From: Nageia nagi
Lineage: Eukaryota; Plantae; Pinophyta
DNA length: 64,000 nucleotides
Direction: 5' to 3'
NCBI GenBank assembly: GCA_050084985.1
Contig: JBITNC010000001.1
Location: 17,608,001 to 17,672,000, forward strand
Below the pieces are notes generated by a model, which was given only the letters and a program-made list of their open reading frames with translations, made no database searches and was not told where the DNA came from. Made by a program: the position numbers and the translations under genes. Position 1 is the stretch's first letter. Each line of letters starts with the position of its first letter. Shown in pieces: positions 25,855-39,978 of this stretch.

Positions 25855-26603
25855 CTCAACTTTTGATAATAAAAAACTTTCACTATTAATGAAATATATG
25901 CAAAAATTATAGCAATATGATTGAAAACTAAAATAATACATGTTAGTATGCAACAAAAATATATTGCTATGTTAAGTAAATCAAGATAAAGAGAAGTAAG
26001 ATTATACTTTGAATCACTTTTACTTATCAATGGAGTGAAGGATAAAGAATGAGGACCTCCAAGATGAAGATGTAAAGCTTCAACTCCAAGGATGTGAAGA
26101 GTGGCTTTCAAGTTCCTTTGATACCAAATGAAAGAATTAAACTGTAATAAGAATAATCTTAAACTACCAAGATCACATGAAAGCTCTCAAATTACATCCA
26201 ACAAATACACAAAGCAATTTCACAACACAAGATGTAAAGTAGTTCCTCCACTTAAGAGTACATCCACTAACTAAATCTTTACTTTTCTCACAAATACAAC
26301 TCTCTTACAATTCTGCTAATCTCAACTCCTACACTTCTATCCTATAGCATAACCTTACTCCACAATTGGTGTGTAATTACAAAAGAGCTTTCTATTTATA
26401 GGCCAAAATCCCTTCTTGGATGACCTAAGCATGACATGCATATCTTTGACCCAAAGGGTATGCTCATGACTTGGAGTGTAAGATAAGTTGCATTATTATA
26501 TTCACTAAAATACTTAAGGTATCAAATAATACCCTTAAGTAGTAGTGAATTTACATAGAAGATTTAATACAACCTTTACAATAATGCATTATACATTCCA
26601 ACA

Positions 26604-29600
26604 AAGGAGAAGATGAAAAAATGGCTATCTATTTAAACAAAATCATTGACCTAAGGATCTAACTTATTGCTTGTGGGTGCAATTGGATCAATGATGAGTT
26701 CATAATTTTCATTATTCTTCAAAACCTTTTTTCAAAGTTTGAAAACTTTGTGACGATTATGGAAACAAGGCTTGATGATAAAAAAGAAGTCTTCTTTCTT
26801 AAGAACCTTTCTAGGCACCTATTAAAGCATGAGGAAACCCTTAACAATAAGGTGTTGATTTCTTCTCCTAAGGATAATAATATTGCTCTTGAAGCAACCA
26901 AAACTCCTTTCAAAGAGTTCAACCATCAAAAGAAATCTTACCTTTCTTCCTCTAAAAGATTTGAGAAAAGAGGTAATGGCTACAATAGCAGTAGAAATAA
27001 CAAAAATAATAACTACAACAGTAGGAACAACAGCAACAACAACCACTTCAAGCAAAGAGATAGAAAAGGTAAAGCAAACAATCCATATCCTAAGAAAAAG
27101 TTTGATGGTATTTGTAATTATTATGGCATCCAAGGTTACAAAGAAGTTAATTGCTACAAAAAAAAGAGAAGAAAAGAACAAATATAATAGAAATGTAAAG
27201 AATTTCAAAAGAAATAAAAATATTTATGTTGGTTTTGCTGCAGCGCTCTACTCCATGTCTCATATTTTTTTATCTGATTGGATTGTTGATTCTGATTGCA
27301 TTAATCACCTATGCTTTGAAAAGGAAAATTTTGAAAACTTTCACAAGTATAGAAAAGATACGATTATGATAGATGATAACTTTATTTTTGAAGTCCAAGG
27401 AATTAGGAGTGTGTTGATTCACAGAAAGGTTCTTGAAAATGTTCTCTATGTTCCTAAATTAAGGATGAACCTTCTCTCTATAATCCAAATTGCTAGAAAA
27501 AGGTACTCTTTTGAGTTCAACTCAATCCTGGTGCATTAAGAAAAGACTTGCCACTTTGGTTAAAGGATCTATGAAAGATAACCTCTACATTATGGATCAA
27601 GTTCCATCAAAGATGTGTCTTGCTTCTAGTGTGTGTTCTAGAGGTAATCTTTGTCACCATCGTTTAGGGCACCTTAACCAAAAGAGTATTTAAGTCATGA
27701 AAGACTAAGAACTTGTGAAAGGTTTACCTTCAATTTCTCCTTCGATTGGTTTATGTGAGAAGTGCATTCTTGGCAAGATGTATAGATAAAAATTTAAAAA
27801 AGATCAGACAACAAGAGCATCTCAACCTCTTCAACTTGTGCATTCAGATTTGATGGGTCCGTTTCAAACTAAGTCGCTTGGAGGAGCATCTTATGTCTTG
27901 ACCTTCATTGATGACTTTAGTAGGATGACCTTTGGGTATCTACTTGAGCACAAGGATCAAACCTTTGAGAGTTTTAAGATTTTTAAGGCCTTTGTTGAGA
28001 ATCAAACTAACCTTAAAATCGAGATGTTGAGATCAGATAATGGGAAAGAATATAACAGTAATGAGTTCAATGACTATTGTGCTAAGTATAGAATCAAGAG
28101 GTAGTTTACGATTCCTTACTCCTCAGCAGAGTGGTGTTACCGAAAAGAAAAATAGAATAATTATGGAGATAACTAGATGCATGTTGCGTAGTCTTCTTAG
28201 TTTCTTGTAGGGTGAAGTTGTGAGCACTGCTATTTACACCGTGAATAGGTGTCCTACAAAAATCGTTTAAAGTAAAACTTCTTTTGAAGCTTGGTTAAGA
28301 AGAAAACTTAACATTTCTCACCTTAAGATGTTTGGTTGTGAAGTACTCTCCCACGTTATTTTTGAGAAAAAGAAGAAGTTGAACAAAAGAGTTGAAAAAT
28401 GCATTTTTGTGAGATATGACAATCAACATAAAAGTTACAAGCTCTACTATCCATTTTACAAATCCATGTTTGTTTTAAGGGATGTAAAATTCAATGAACT
28501 TCCTAAAGAATCTGCTTCTAATGAGGATGTTGATGACCCAGAGGACTTTTTAGTTGCTCCTAGTTGGTTAGATATTGATATAGATAAGTAACCTCAAGAA
28601 CAAAATTCTCCAACACAAAAGGTAATAAGGAGCATGACCTTGAATAAATCCTTATTTGCCAAGATTGACAATAAGCATAAGCCCTCATCCTTCAAAGAAG
28701 CTTCAAAGCACGAGTGTTGGATAGAAGCCATGAAAGTGGAGTATGAGGTGCTTATGAAAAATAAAACTTAGGATTTGGTTCCTTATCCCAATGAAAAGAA
28801 TGTGATTGGTAATAAATGGATCTACAAGGTCAAGTTCAATTCAATTGGAGATATTGAAAAATACAAGGCAAAGTAGCTAAAGGTTTTGCTCAAAAATACG
28901 ATGCAGATTATGAAGAAACTTTTGTTTCTATGGTAAATATGTTTACTGTAAAGATTATCTTTGCTCTTTTTACAGTTCAAAAATGGAAAGTGTTTCAACT
29001 TGATGTCACGAATGCATTTTTCATTGGTGACTTAGATGTGAAAATTTTCATGAATCAACCATAAGGGTTCATTGTGAAAGGAAAAGAGTACTTTGTGTGC
29101 AAACTAAAGAAGTCATTATATGTATTTAAGCAAGCACCTAGAGCCTAGTACAGGAAGATTTCAGGGTATTTTGCAAACATTGATTTCTTCAAGTATTTTT
29201 CAAACTTTGATCTATATGTACTTAATAAAAAAAAATATGATTTTGATTCTCCTTTATGTGAATGATCTTCTAATAACTGAGAATAATGATGAAATCATTC
29301 AAGATTGCATATCCAAACTTAAAGCAACGTTTGAAATGATTGATCTTGGTCTCTTACATTACTATCTTGAAATGCAAGTGTATCAATACAAAGATTGTAC
29401 TTATCTCAATCAATCTAAATATATATCAAACATCTTGCAGAAGTTTGGAATGGAAGAATGTAGATATGCTATGATTTGTCTCCTGAAATTACTATTTCTC
29501 TGAGCTCCAACTCTTAATTAGCTGATGCTACAGCTTACAGGCAATTAATTGGTAGTCTTTTGTATTTGACTATAACCAAACCAAATATTATCTTTGCAGT

Positions 29601-30190
29601 GAATCAGATGGTACTATTCATGCAGAAATCATATGTTGAGCATCTCAATGTTGTTAAGCAAATTTTGAGGTATGTTGTAGGGATTAAGGATGTTGCTCTC
29701 AAGTATTCTAAGTTGCCTTTATTTGTTCTCTCTTGATTCTTAGATTTTGACTATGGGGGAGATAGAGATGATAGGAAATCAACATTTGTGTATGTGTTTA
29801 GCATTGGTTCAGGTGCTATCTCTTGGGCTTCCAAGAAGCAACCTACTATTTCTCTTTCCATCGTAGAAGCTGAATACTGTGCCATGTCTAGTGTAGCTTA
29901 GGAAGCCATTTGGCTAAGTTATCTTCTGACAAAATTGGGTATGAGCAAGGTGGTTCATTTTGATTTCATCAGATAATCAATCGGTTATTTCTTTGGTTAA
30001 GAATCCTGTGTTCCATTAAAGAACAAAACATGTGAAAATCCATACCCATTTTATCAAAGAGAAGGTTCTTGATGGCATAATACACTTGGAGTATTGTCCA
30101 TCCACCTTGAACTCCATTGATTTGTTCACTAAACCCCTCCCAAAAGCTTAGTTCTATAAGCTTAGGGATGCTATCGAGTTAGTGAAGTTG
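26604..30190 (+). pseudogene. Element B gag-pol remainder: gag, zinc knuckle, protease, integrase, RT, RNaseH
   Basis: CNYYGIQGYKEVNC; WIVDSDCINH; LCHHRLGHLN; HSDLMGP..FIDDFSR..LRSDNGKEY; DYEETF; LYVNDL; ISWASKKQ; DLFTKP, in Copia domain order. Confidence 0.95.
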
Positions 30191-31439
30191 CCCTCAAGGG
30201 AGAGTGAAGTTTGAATTCTTATGTTGAATTCATGTTTGTGATGACTTCACCCTTAAAAGGATTTTGTGTTGTATAATGTTGTACACCTTCATGGTAAGTT
30301 CATTCTGTATGAAAAATTTGTATAAAATTTTAAAAGCAAAAGATTGGCCAATCTAGCACTGTTCAGTTATCCATGTGTGAGAAATTCTTGTGTCTTTTAA
30401 GACTATTTAGTTATCCATATGTGAAAAACTCATATGTGCATGCTCTATTTTATAATGATAATCAACACATGTTTTATATACAATAGGTGATTATGAGTTT
30501 TTGGCATAACATCTTTGTGATGACTTATAGTGCACCATTGATCAGTTCATGATGGCATTTGTGTGATTCATCTATTTTTGTTGAGATGAATATGTTGCAT
30601 CTAACTGATCTTATTATTTGAGCTTCTTAAGACTTGTAGGTTTTTTTGAGATTGCAAGTTACTTACCTCAGGTATGCAGGCTCTTGGAGACTCTTCATGA
30701 CTTCCAGTTGGATGACTGTTTCATGTATATTGAAACTAGTTATGGTTAATGATTGTATTTGGTAAAGTAGCGAGTCTCAAACTAGATCTTTCTTAATTCA
30801 CAAATATGTAAAAAGTTCTCTCCATTGTATTTGTTTGGAGAACTCTCTTACTTTCTCTCTTCTCTTTTATTTGCTCTATCCCAATATTGCATTAAAGGAG
30901 AGTATTGGGATGCATAATGCATTATTGTAAAGGTTTGTATTAATCCTCTTTGTAAGTTCACTAATACTTAAAGGTATCATTTGATACGTTAAGTATTTAA
31001 ATGAATATGATAATGTTACTTGTCCTACACTCCATGTCATGAGCATGCCCCTTGGGTAAAAGGATGTGCATGTCACGTTTTTGTACATTAGATAAAAGGG
31101 TGATCCAAAAAAGGATTTTGACCTATAAATAGAAGACTCCCTCTTTGTGATCACACATCAATTTGTGGAGTAAAGTTGTGTTAGAGGATAGTGTTTAGGA
31201 GTTGAGATTAGGAGGATTGTAAGAGTTCATATTTGTTAAGAAGAGAGATCTAGTTAGTGGATGTACTCCTAGTTGGAGGAACCACTTACATCTTGTATTA
31301 TCTTTGTGAGTTTTTTAGATGTGCATTGTGAGATTTCATGTGATCTTAGGAGTTTAGAGTTGTTCATGTTATAGTTCAATTCTCTCAAAGAGAACTAAGA
31401 TGAGATAGATTTATTTGATCTATCCCTCCTTCTAACCCT

Positions 31440-33130
31440 TGATGAGACCGATGATTCTTCAAGTAGCCCACCTGCAACATCACATGAACCTGATAGTGGT
31501 CCCATTATTAATCATGATGATGTGAGAGAAGTTCTAGTTCTAAACATAACAACTGATAACTTCAAAAGAAGGAAATGTTACCAAAAGACACTATAGGATT
31601 CACAGTTGAGTGCTCCACCAAACACTTTCACATCTAGACCAAGGACACGAAGCATGGCTTATGAGGAAGTGATCTTGGAATTGATGAACACATTGGTAAA
31701 TACATTTGAAATTGAAACAGTTTGTGAAGCCCTTCAATAAACTCATTGGAAATCAGCCATGTAGGCTAAGTAAGATGCATTGATGAAAAATGGAACATGG
31801 AAGTTGGTAGAACTTCCACTTGGTAAGAAGGCCATTGGATGCAAATGGTTGTTTAAAAAAGGTATAAGGCTGATGGAACACTCAAGAATCATAAAGTTTG
31901 ACTAGTTGCCAATGCATATGCACAAGAAGAAGGGGTATCGATTATGAGGAGACATTTACTCCCATAGCCAAGATGAAGACCATCAGAATTGCCTTTGCAA
32001 TGGTTGCACAATTTGGTTCGAAAGTCCACCAAATGATGTGAAGAGCGCCTTCCTGAACAAAGATTAAGGAAGAAGTCTACATGCAACAACTTGAAGAGTT
32101 TGTGATTGACCAAGGCAAAGGAAAAGTGTGTAGATTGATCCTAACTTGTATCTTTGATAACATGGGGGGGGGGGGGAATTAACATCAGGGAGGGGGAGAT
32201 TTTCATTTTTGTAATAAATGTTGATCTAGTATTCAAAGGCAATATTGAAGAGTAAATCAAATCTTGCAAAGATGACCTCAAATATCATTCAACATGACCA
32301 ACCTCGATTTACTTCACAATTGACTTCTATTGGAGGTTTGGTAGATGCATGATTAGATATTTGTTTCACAAATGAAATACACCAAGAGTTTGTTAGATAA
32401 ATTCAAGATGACAAAGTGCCAACAAATGTTGATGCCAATTGAACCTAGTTTAGATTTGTCATGCCATGATAGTTCTTCATCTATAAATGCAACTATTTGC
32501 AATTAGCTAATTGGAGGGTTAATTTACCTTACATATACCATACCAGATATTTGCTAAGCTATTAGCTATCTTTCACGATTTATGCATGAACCAAAGAAAA
32601 CCCATTAGACCATGACAAAACATGTTATGAGATACATATGTGGAATTGACAGTTATGGCTTGGAGTATAAGAACAATAAGTTCATCTTGACTAGATACAC
32701 AAATGTAGATTATGGAGGATCCTTAGATGATAGGAGATCGATGATAGGATATGAGTTTTTCCTTGGATCTAGATTGATTTCATGGGTTAGCAAGAAGAAA
32801 AGCATCACATCAAAATCTATCATAGATTTGGAATACCATGCCATAGTTGATGCTATTTGTGAAGTAGTATGGTTATGTCGTATTTTGATAAACATTGAAA
32901 TTCCAAAAAAGTAACCTACAATTTTGCACTTTGATAATCAAAGTGTATTGAAGATGGTTCGTAATTCTATTTTCCACGAATGCTTCAAATACATGGAGAT
33001 ACATATGCACTTCATTCGTGACCATGTTTCATTATAAAATATTTAGCTCCACTACATTTCCATGAAAGAGCATATTGCAAATGTCTACACCAAATCTCTC
33101 GACAATGGAAAGTTTGAATACTTTTGAAGC
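31440..33130 (+). pseudogene. Element A RT-RNaseH remnant
   Basis: TWKLVELPLGKKAIGCKWLF; DYGGSLDDRRSMIGYEFFLGSRLISWVSKKK; ANVYTKSL. Confidence 0.9.
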
Positions 33131-33481
33131 TTCCTCTCAGGTTCCTTAAGACCTAATGTATTATGGGGAGGGGTGGTGGGAGGAGAGGTAGAATAAATAC
33201 ATTAAATTATAATATAAATACTTTAGGTATTTAAATAAATTAAATGTTGAACAATACATTAGTAAATAATACTAATATTTACTAATGTTCGTCTATTAAG
33301 TATTAGGGTTTCTAGGGTGAAACAATTACTCTACTTGAATATCTATCGCTCATGTATATAAACTCATTTTCAAGTTAATAAATCATTCTCGTTTGTGCTC
33401 TCATTTCCAATACTATAGTAAGGTGATTGCAACCGATTCAACAATTGGGAGTTGTAGTGTCAAACTGGTAATAAGATGGCT

Positions 33482-33930
33482 TAGTGTCAGCCCGATGGTA
33501 GGGCAACCTAGTGTTGACCTGATAGTAGGGTGGCCTAATGATGACTCAATGGTAGGGCGACCTAGTACTGAGGGCAACCTAATGCCGACCTAATGGTAAG
33601 GTGGCCTAGTATCGATCAGATGGTAGTTTCTCAAGTATAAGCAATATATACGAGTGCAAATACAACCTAAGTAGGATACCTAGTTACGAATAAGCTTCCA
33701 AGGCTTGATAAGTTAAGGGAGCATTACAACTAGGTGTTATAATCACAAGGTATCTATGAGAAACAATCAAAATGAGTGCATTTAAGGCATCTCTATCAAT
33801 TCCATTAAAAAGACAATCTTTATTATGCATTAACGATCTAATGCCGACCCAATGGTAAGCAACCTAGTGTTGACTTACGGGCACAAGAATTTGATGTCAA
33901 CCTCGCAATAAGGAATCTACTGTTAACCAT
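33482..33930. repeat. 27-bp degenerate tandem repeat (tagtgttgacctgatggtagggcaacc) in two clusters
   Basis: About 6 units at 33482-33626 and 3-4 at 33838-33930; similar sequence lies left of A (15055-15122). Confidence 0.8.
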
Positions 33931-34219
33931 AGTTTCAAAGTTGGATTATGTCATCACCACAATTTTAAATAGCTACAAATCGATGATCGTCCTACTATTT
34001 AATTAATGCTTCACCTCAAAATATAATTAATAATATATGTGACCACTTAAACATGCAATGGAATTCAAAAATACAGAGTTGAAGCTAATCAAGCCACGTA
34101 TCCCTATGAATAGGTAATTGGCTACTATATTCAATTACCCCTATTATTATTAAAGTCTTTCATATATCATAATAATGACTAGTTTTTCTATACTACGCTC
34201 ATATAATTAGTTGTTACCT

Positions 34220-34292
34220 TGTTGGTGTCAACTTGGTTGGAGATATGTTGGTGTCAACTTGGTTGGAGATATATTGGTGCCAACTTGATTGC
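34220..34292. repeat. 26-bp tandem repeat, about x2.7 (tgttggtgtcaacttggttggagata)
   Basis: Read directly from the sequence. Confidence 0.9.
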
Positions 34293-35299
34293 AAGTTTAG
34301 ATGTAGTCAAGCTGACTACATGAATGCATATTGACAACTTGACAATGTGCAAAGGAGATGTCAATCTAGTGATGTGGACTTTAGGTGTCAACCCAACTAA
34401 AGGATCTAAATCTATATTCATACATTGTTCTCTATTTTATGGCTCTTATTTTTAAGACAGGAGAGATAATATAACATAACCAAAACAAGCATAGTGATTT
34501 TACTATAGAACTTAATTAAATATTTTATATAACTCCATGATAATCAATTTAGTATAGGAAAATGAAGGATCATACCTAAAATGAAATACATTATACATTT
34601 ATTTTTTTTAAATTTTTTTTGTGTGGTTTTATATGTATATACTAGGATTGTATGTATTAATTTGAAAACAATACAAGACTCCATTGAAGTACAAAAACCT
34701 AATCCTTATTTTCTTATTCCACTATGTCAATCTTTATGTGATGCATGATAAGTTGGCTTTGGTAGTTTCCTATCATTCTTTTTGGGTTTGCCATTCATGT
34801 TTGAAAGTGATACACAAAATGAATAAGTACACCTTGAATTAGCAAAATTAACAAGTTGGGTAGTATGACCTTTAGTTTGATGGTAACCACAATATGAAAA
34901 TTTGTGGTACTAAACTAGTTTTTCTATATTATTATCATCATGAACCCTATTTAAGAGGTAAAATGATAAATTATTTTTGTAAAATATTTATTTGTGAGAA
35001 TGTAGCAAGCTAGAATGGGGAAGGTATATTTCATTTCTTTGTTGAAACCTTGATAGTCATGTTCATTGAGTATTACCTTTAATGGCATTCCCTATTTTCT
35101 TATTTTTGTTTTTGTGGGATAATACTTTTTCATGTTGTAACCTCCATTAGGGTTTACCAATTTGATTATTGCTTGCCTAAAGTAGTTTTATTTTTTTGAA
35201 AGCATCATTTGATTTAAGCTTCCAAAAAGTGAATTTATAATATCACATACATATGCTTTTAGAATTATGATCAAAGAGTTAGTAAAGATGTCATTGAAA

Positions 35300-35700
35300 T
35301 TTTATTTTCTATTGAAATGTGAATGCTTTGTCACAATTTCTTAAACTTTGGAATTACTTTTCAATTTTCTCACTAGGTCCTTATTGTTTTGAACAAAAAC
35401 TTGCTATTGTAATTATTATTGTAATCAATAAACATATGACCTACTTGCTTATTATTTTTAAATATTTGTATTGACCATTTTTGTCACCCACAGGTATTAA
35501 TATTAATATTAAATTTAGTTCAAAATTATGGAGAGATCTAGGAGTGAATTTGTAAAACCAATTAAATGCTTCACTTGTAAGAATCATAAAGAAAAATTTA
35601 ATCATTGAATTTTTTTTAATCATTGTTGAATTCAACACTATATTCTTATTGAAATAGAAATAAATAATTCCTTTGATCTCCTCTTTATGATAAATATTTC
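35300..35700 (-). mobile_element. Gypsy (Tat/Ogre-like) gag relic
   Basis: LTSEAFNWFYKFTPRSLHNF resembles the Retrotrans_gag core. Confidence 0.5.
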
Positions 35701-36409
35701 AAATGTTGGTTTGTCCAATAATTTTCTCAAAATTTGTTAGTTTCTTATTCTAGTAGAACCCCAAGAGTGGGCAAAGTTGGATCTTGAGCATTTCGACAAT
35801 TTCAATTATATTGACTATTCTAATTTTATGATTATCTTTAGTGATCTAATTGTTATGATTATTCTAAGTATTTTGATCACTTCCATGTTAAATTGAGCTT
35901 TGTATAATAAAAAATAAAAACTAGCATATGATAAAAACATCAACCCAAAACTTGAACATCCATCCTACCCATATAAGATTATCATTCTCAAAAAGAAACT
36001 TGTGATCACAAAATTGATAACTAATTCACATGAATCATATAATGAAATAAATAGATGGATATTACTCGGAACACCATGGGATAGAAGAATTTGTAAGTTT
36101 TGTATCCTAAATGCATGAGACTCATTTTCTACTTATTTGCCTATTTTACAAAGATTTTAAACAAACTTATAATGATATTTATATTTACAACCTAATCCAT
36201 GGATTCTTAAAACAAGATGACCAAAATAAGCTTGGTGATTTTATTATGATTTTTTTTTTTTTGGGTTACAAACAATTATTTAAATATATAAATGATATAT
36301 ATTTTCTTTGGACAAATTTTGATAGATCCTACAAACCATTGGGTCTAAAGGACATTGAAAGACATCATTCGTTTAACATAGGATTTCCCTAAAAGAGGTT
36401 CTATTCTAC

Positions 36410-36467
36410 CTCCATATCATTAACTTTAAAAAATCATTCTCCATATCATTAACTTTAAAAAATCATT
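36410..36467. repeat. Perfect 29-bp tandem duplication
   Basis: ctccatatcattaactttaaaaaatcatt x2. Confidence 0.95.
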
Positions 36468-38199
36468 GAATTAATTCAAATCCTTATAATATGATGTTAT
36501 GATGCATTTGGGTTAGACCTAAGGTTGGACAAGATATTGAATCAAGAAGGATATATTAAAAAATAAAGATTCACTCAAAACCTAGCATTTGGGCAAAAAC
36601 AAATGTAAAGAGTTGAGTTCACCAATTTGCAAGCATAAAATAATTTTTTTTTTTTGTATTAAAACATGTAGATTTACTTATGCTTAGGAAATGAAATTAT
36701 ATTAATAATAATATGTAATATTCAAAATTTCAAGACATCATCTAACAAATAGGATTTTGCAAATTCTCGAGAAGAGATACAAAGAAGACATATTTGGAGA
36801 ATGGAGGATAGGAGGCCTACAAGAAAACACCTTGTGATCTTCGAAGGCAAATCCTAGCTACAACCAAATTAAAAATCTAGATGTTTGAAACATAATTTTG
36901 AAGATTATTATAATTTTGTAGATTATAATTCTAAAGATGTTTCTACTTAAGGCAATACTATAATAGGAGCATGGACATTTTGAGGTGATCTAGATAACAT
37001 TCAAGGGTTGATGATCTTTAGGGCCAAAGCATCCAAATTATGGTTGACAATGTCAAAGCATTAGGTGTTTTGGGATCGAAAGCCAAAATGTTGGTCCATT
37101 TGAAATTATAACTTCCTTCAAGATGTGTAATCCAATTTCTTTGATGTTTTGTTGCAATGTCCCCAAATTGGGACATCTAGATGCCATCCCTCGTGTCTAT
37201 TCATTATGATTTTTAGTACTTAGATTAGGAGTACTTTATTTGTCATATTATGTATTTATCATATTCATATTTGTGCCTTAAAGGCAAGCGCTCAAAAAGC
37301 ACAAATTATATATTTGTTTGAGCTATTAAAAGGGGGTCATTAAGAGGAATTATACCCCATGTCCAAGTTGACCATGCTAGGAAGGTTTGGGGCCATTTAA
37401 TATTTTATTATTTCCCCTCCTAGTTGGCTGCCTTTTGGGGACCTATTTGCTAGTTTAAATGGCTATAAAGGCAAGTCATTTTCTCACTTGAAGACACATC
37501 TTGTGCATTCGATCTTGGATCATTCGGAGTTTAGGGATCTTCCCTTCTCTACCTTCTAAGGACTAGGGCTGCTCCCTAGCCTAGAAGTGGCTCTTGTACA
37601 CTCTTGCTCAGTTGGACAGCTTGTGCCAACCTTGAGGAGCCAACTAGAGACTTGCACCTACCATTCTTGCCACTTGGAAGCTTGCGCTAGCCATTGGGAG
37701 ACATCTTGGGACTTGCACCAAGCTTGAGAGCCTTCTTGCGATTTGCACTAGCCTTTAGGAGTCTTGGTTGAAAGTATTCGAATTCTTGGGCTTTGCCTTA
37801 GAACTTGTTACAACCCTATACTTATTCTTGGTTGATTATTTATGATCTTAGGTCTCATATTGCGTCTCGAATGTGAATGAATATTCCTATATATTTCTCC
37901 TACGCTAGTATCTTCATTGTGCATGGGAATGTATGCGGATTAGTGTATTTTGGAGCTATATTTCTGTTATGTTACAAATATGAAGTTGTGCCCTAGTTTG
38001 GTCATATTCACATGTTACATGAGTTTTATATCATATCTGGCTACTACTGTTATAATTTAGTTTTGAGCACATGTTTGGATGGTTAATGAGCTTATACTTT
38101 GATGCCCTAACTTGTGAATGACTATGGAATTAAGTAAGAAATTGGATAAACCCTAGAAAGGTACATTACAATGGTATTAGAAAAAGGGACATAAATTTG

Positions 38200-39110
38200 A
38201 CACAACAATTTGCAACCATGGTAGACTTGCTATCTCAACTTGTGAAGAAGGTGGATGCACTTGCACCAACTCCATAAGTGAAAGAGAGATCAAGAATCCC
38301 ATCTAGGGCAACCACACCAGATCAAAGGAATGAAGAATCCATCTACCCTACTCAACCACCTCTACCCAAGTTATCCAAGCCTATGTTCTTGCAAGAGGAA
38401 GTGGAAAACCCTAATGAAGGCCTTAACACCTACTTCACTCAATATCAATGTAAGAGTGTCAAATTCAAGCAAACATTTACATTTGAGAGTTTTCTTAATA
38501 TTATGGGAAAAACGTTAGGAAAAGAGAATGATTATCAAGACAAGAAACACCTACAAAAGATGTAAGTACCTATGTTTGATGGTAGCAAGCCTACACCTAA
38601 CGCTTGGCTACAAAAGCTCCAAACTTACTTCACTCTTTCCCCTATGTGAGAGACAAATGCAATCAGATTTGCCTACCTTTACCTTGATGGCATAGCATAT
38701 GAGTGCTGGCACAATGACTTCACCACATTGGATCATGACAAGATTGTGGACTTTTAAGAATTTTGCAAAAGGGTTCTTGACAAGTTTGAGAGAAAGGATG
38801 AGGAAGAATACTTTAGAGAGATGGCCACACTTCAACAAACTACAATCATTGGCACTTATGTTGAAGAATTTCAGTTATGGTTGCAGATGTGTCGGACAAG
38901 AGGATAGCTTTCCTCTTTATGGAGGGACTTAAAGAACCATTGAAGGGCTTGGTCAAAGCTTGTGACCCACCTACTCTACAAGATGCAATCAAGAGGGCTC
39001 TTACTCTTGAAGATTCTGCTCTTCCAAGGACCAAGCAAGTGACACCATACCATAGAGGTCTTTTCAGAAGAAGCATGAGGACCATGATAACTATAATGAG
39101 GATGAGCCAT
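38200..39110 (+). pseudogene. Element D gag
   Basis: VPMFDGSKPTPNAWLQKLQTYF...AYLYLDGIAYECW; LFMEGLKEPLKGLVKACDPPTLQDAIKRALTLE. Confidence 0.9.
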
Positions 39111-39224
39111 CATATAGAACCATGAATATCTAAAGATCAAATCTTAAGTCAACTACGCCAACGACATTAAGAGGAGGAACACCAACTATTTTGAGTCGGA
39201 TGAATCAATATTTCACTATCAAAG

Positions 39225-39600
39225 TTCCAAAAGAAGTTTTGGGAGAGAATGTTCTAGTTTTGATTGATAGAGGTGCTACCCACATTAATGAAAAGCTAAC
39301 CACCGTAAAAAAAAATGAGGATCAAACCATTTCCGAGTTTTGATGTGATAGTTGGAAATGGGAATATTATGCCTTACAAGAAGTATGTGCCTAAGATGAA
39401 GGTTAGTTTGAAAGAATACACTATTGAAGATGACTTCTTCATCTTCCCATTGGGTAATTCACCTCATGTTGTCTTGGGGGTATAATGGTTGGTATCCTTG
39501 GGAGACTACACCACCAACCACTCAACCTTGCAATTCAACTTCATAAGTGGAGGTTGTGAAATCACACTACAAGGAATCAAAGAGAACAAGAACCAAAATG
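39225..39600 (+). pseudogene. Element D aspartic protease domain 1
   Basis: VLVLIDRGATH...FFIFPLGNSPHVVLGV*WLVSLGDYTTNHSTLQFNF..ITLQGIK. Confidence 0.88.
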
Positions 39601-39978
39601 CTTCCATTAAGAGATCGGAGGCAACCACATCAAGTACCAAAGAACAGGCCGCCTCAAGCATGGGACCACGAGGATAGGAGGCCATTGGAACAAAGGTGGA
39701 CTCTAATACCAAGGGGCATCCAAGAACAAGGTACATATGTGAATCCATTTACTCTTAGTTCCTCTTCACATTCTTCAATTCTTGAAAATAAAATTAGTTC
39801 TCCACCTTGTCTAGAAGTGATAAAACCCCACCAAGCATTCTCTAGGAAGACTACTAGGCCTCACATATATGGGAAAAGATTAGCCACAAGAGACACCCCA
39901 CTTACCTACAAAAAGAGTCAAAAGGGATCTTAGAGAACTCATTAAACCCTTGATTAAACCCCTCAAATACCCACTCTC

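Larger units (their letters stand above)
18159..26603 (-). mobile_element. Element C: non-autonomous (LARD-like) relative of Copia B, without gag-pol
   Basis: LTRs 26129-26603 (5') and 18159-18636 (3'), 4 mismatches in the first 60 nt; PBS tggtatcaaagg 26115-26126; PPT 18637-18647; TSD aaggg/aagga; LTR, leader and 3' UTR homologous to B. Confidence 0.93.
15546..31387 (+). mobile_element. Copia element B (autonomous layout, decayed), hosting element C
   Basis: TSD aagag at 15541-15545 and 31388-31392; 5' LTR 15546 to ~15678 (remainder and PBS deleted); 3' LTR 30903-31387; PPT ~30893-30902. Confidence 0.92.
15123..33412 (+). mobile_element. Copia element A (gag, protease and integrase deleted), hosting element B
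   Basis: 5' LTR 15123-15332 and PBS tggtatcaaagt 15333-15344; RT/RNaseH 31440-33130; G-rich PPT 33165-33187; 3' LTR ~33186-33412; TSD cttta/ctata. Confidence 0.85.

Noticed and set aside
2090-33412. Pairing J's 5' LTR with the LTR at 33186 as one giant element
   Set aside because: The RT N-terminal region occurs twice, and 15123-15332 pairs better, with a near-matching TSD
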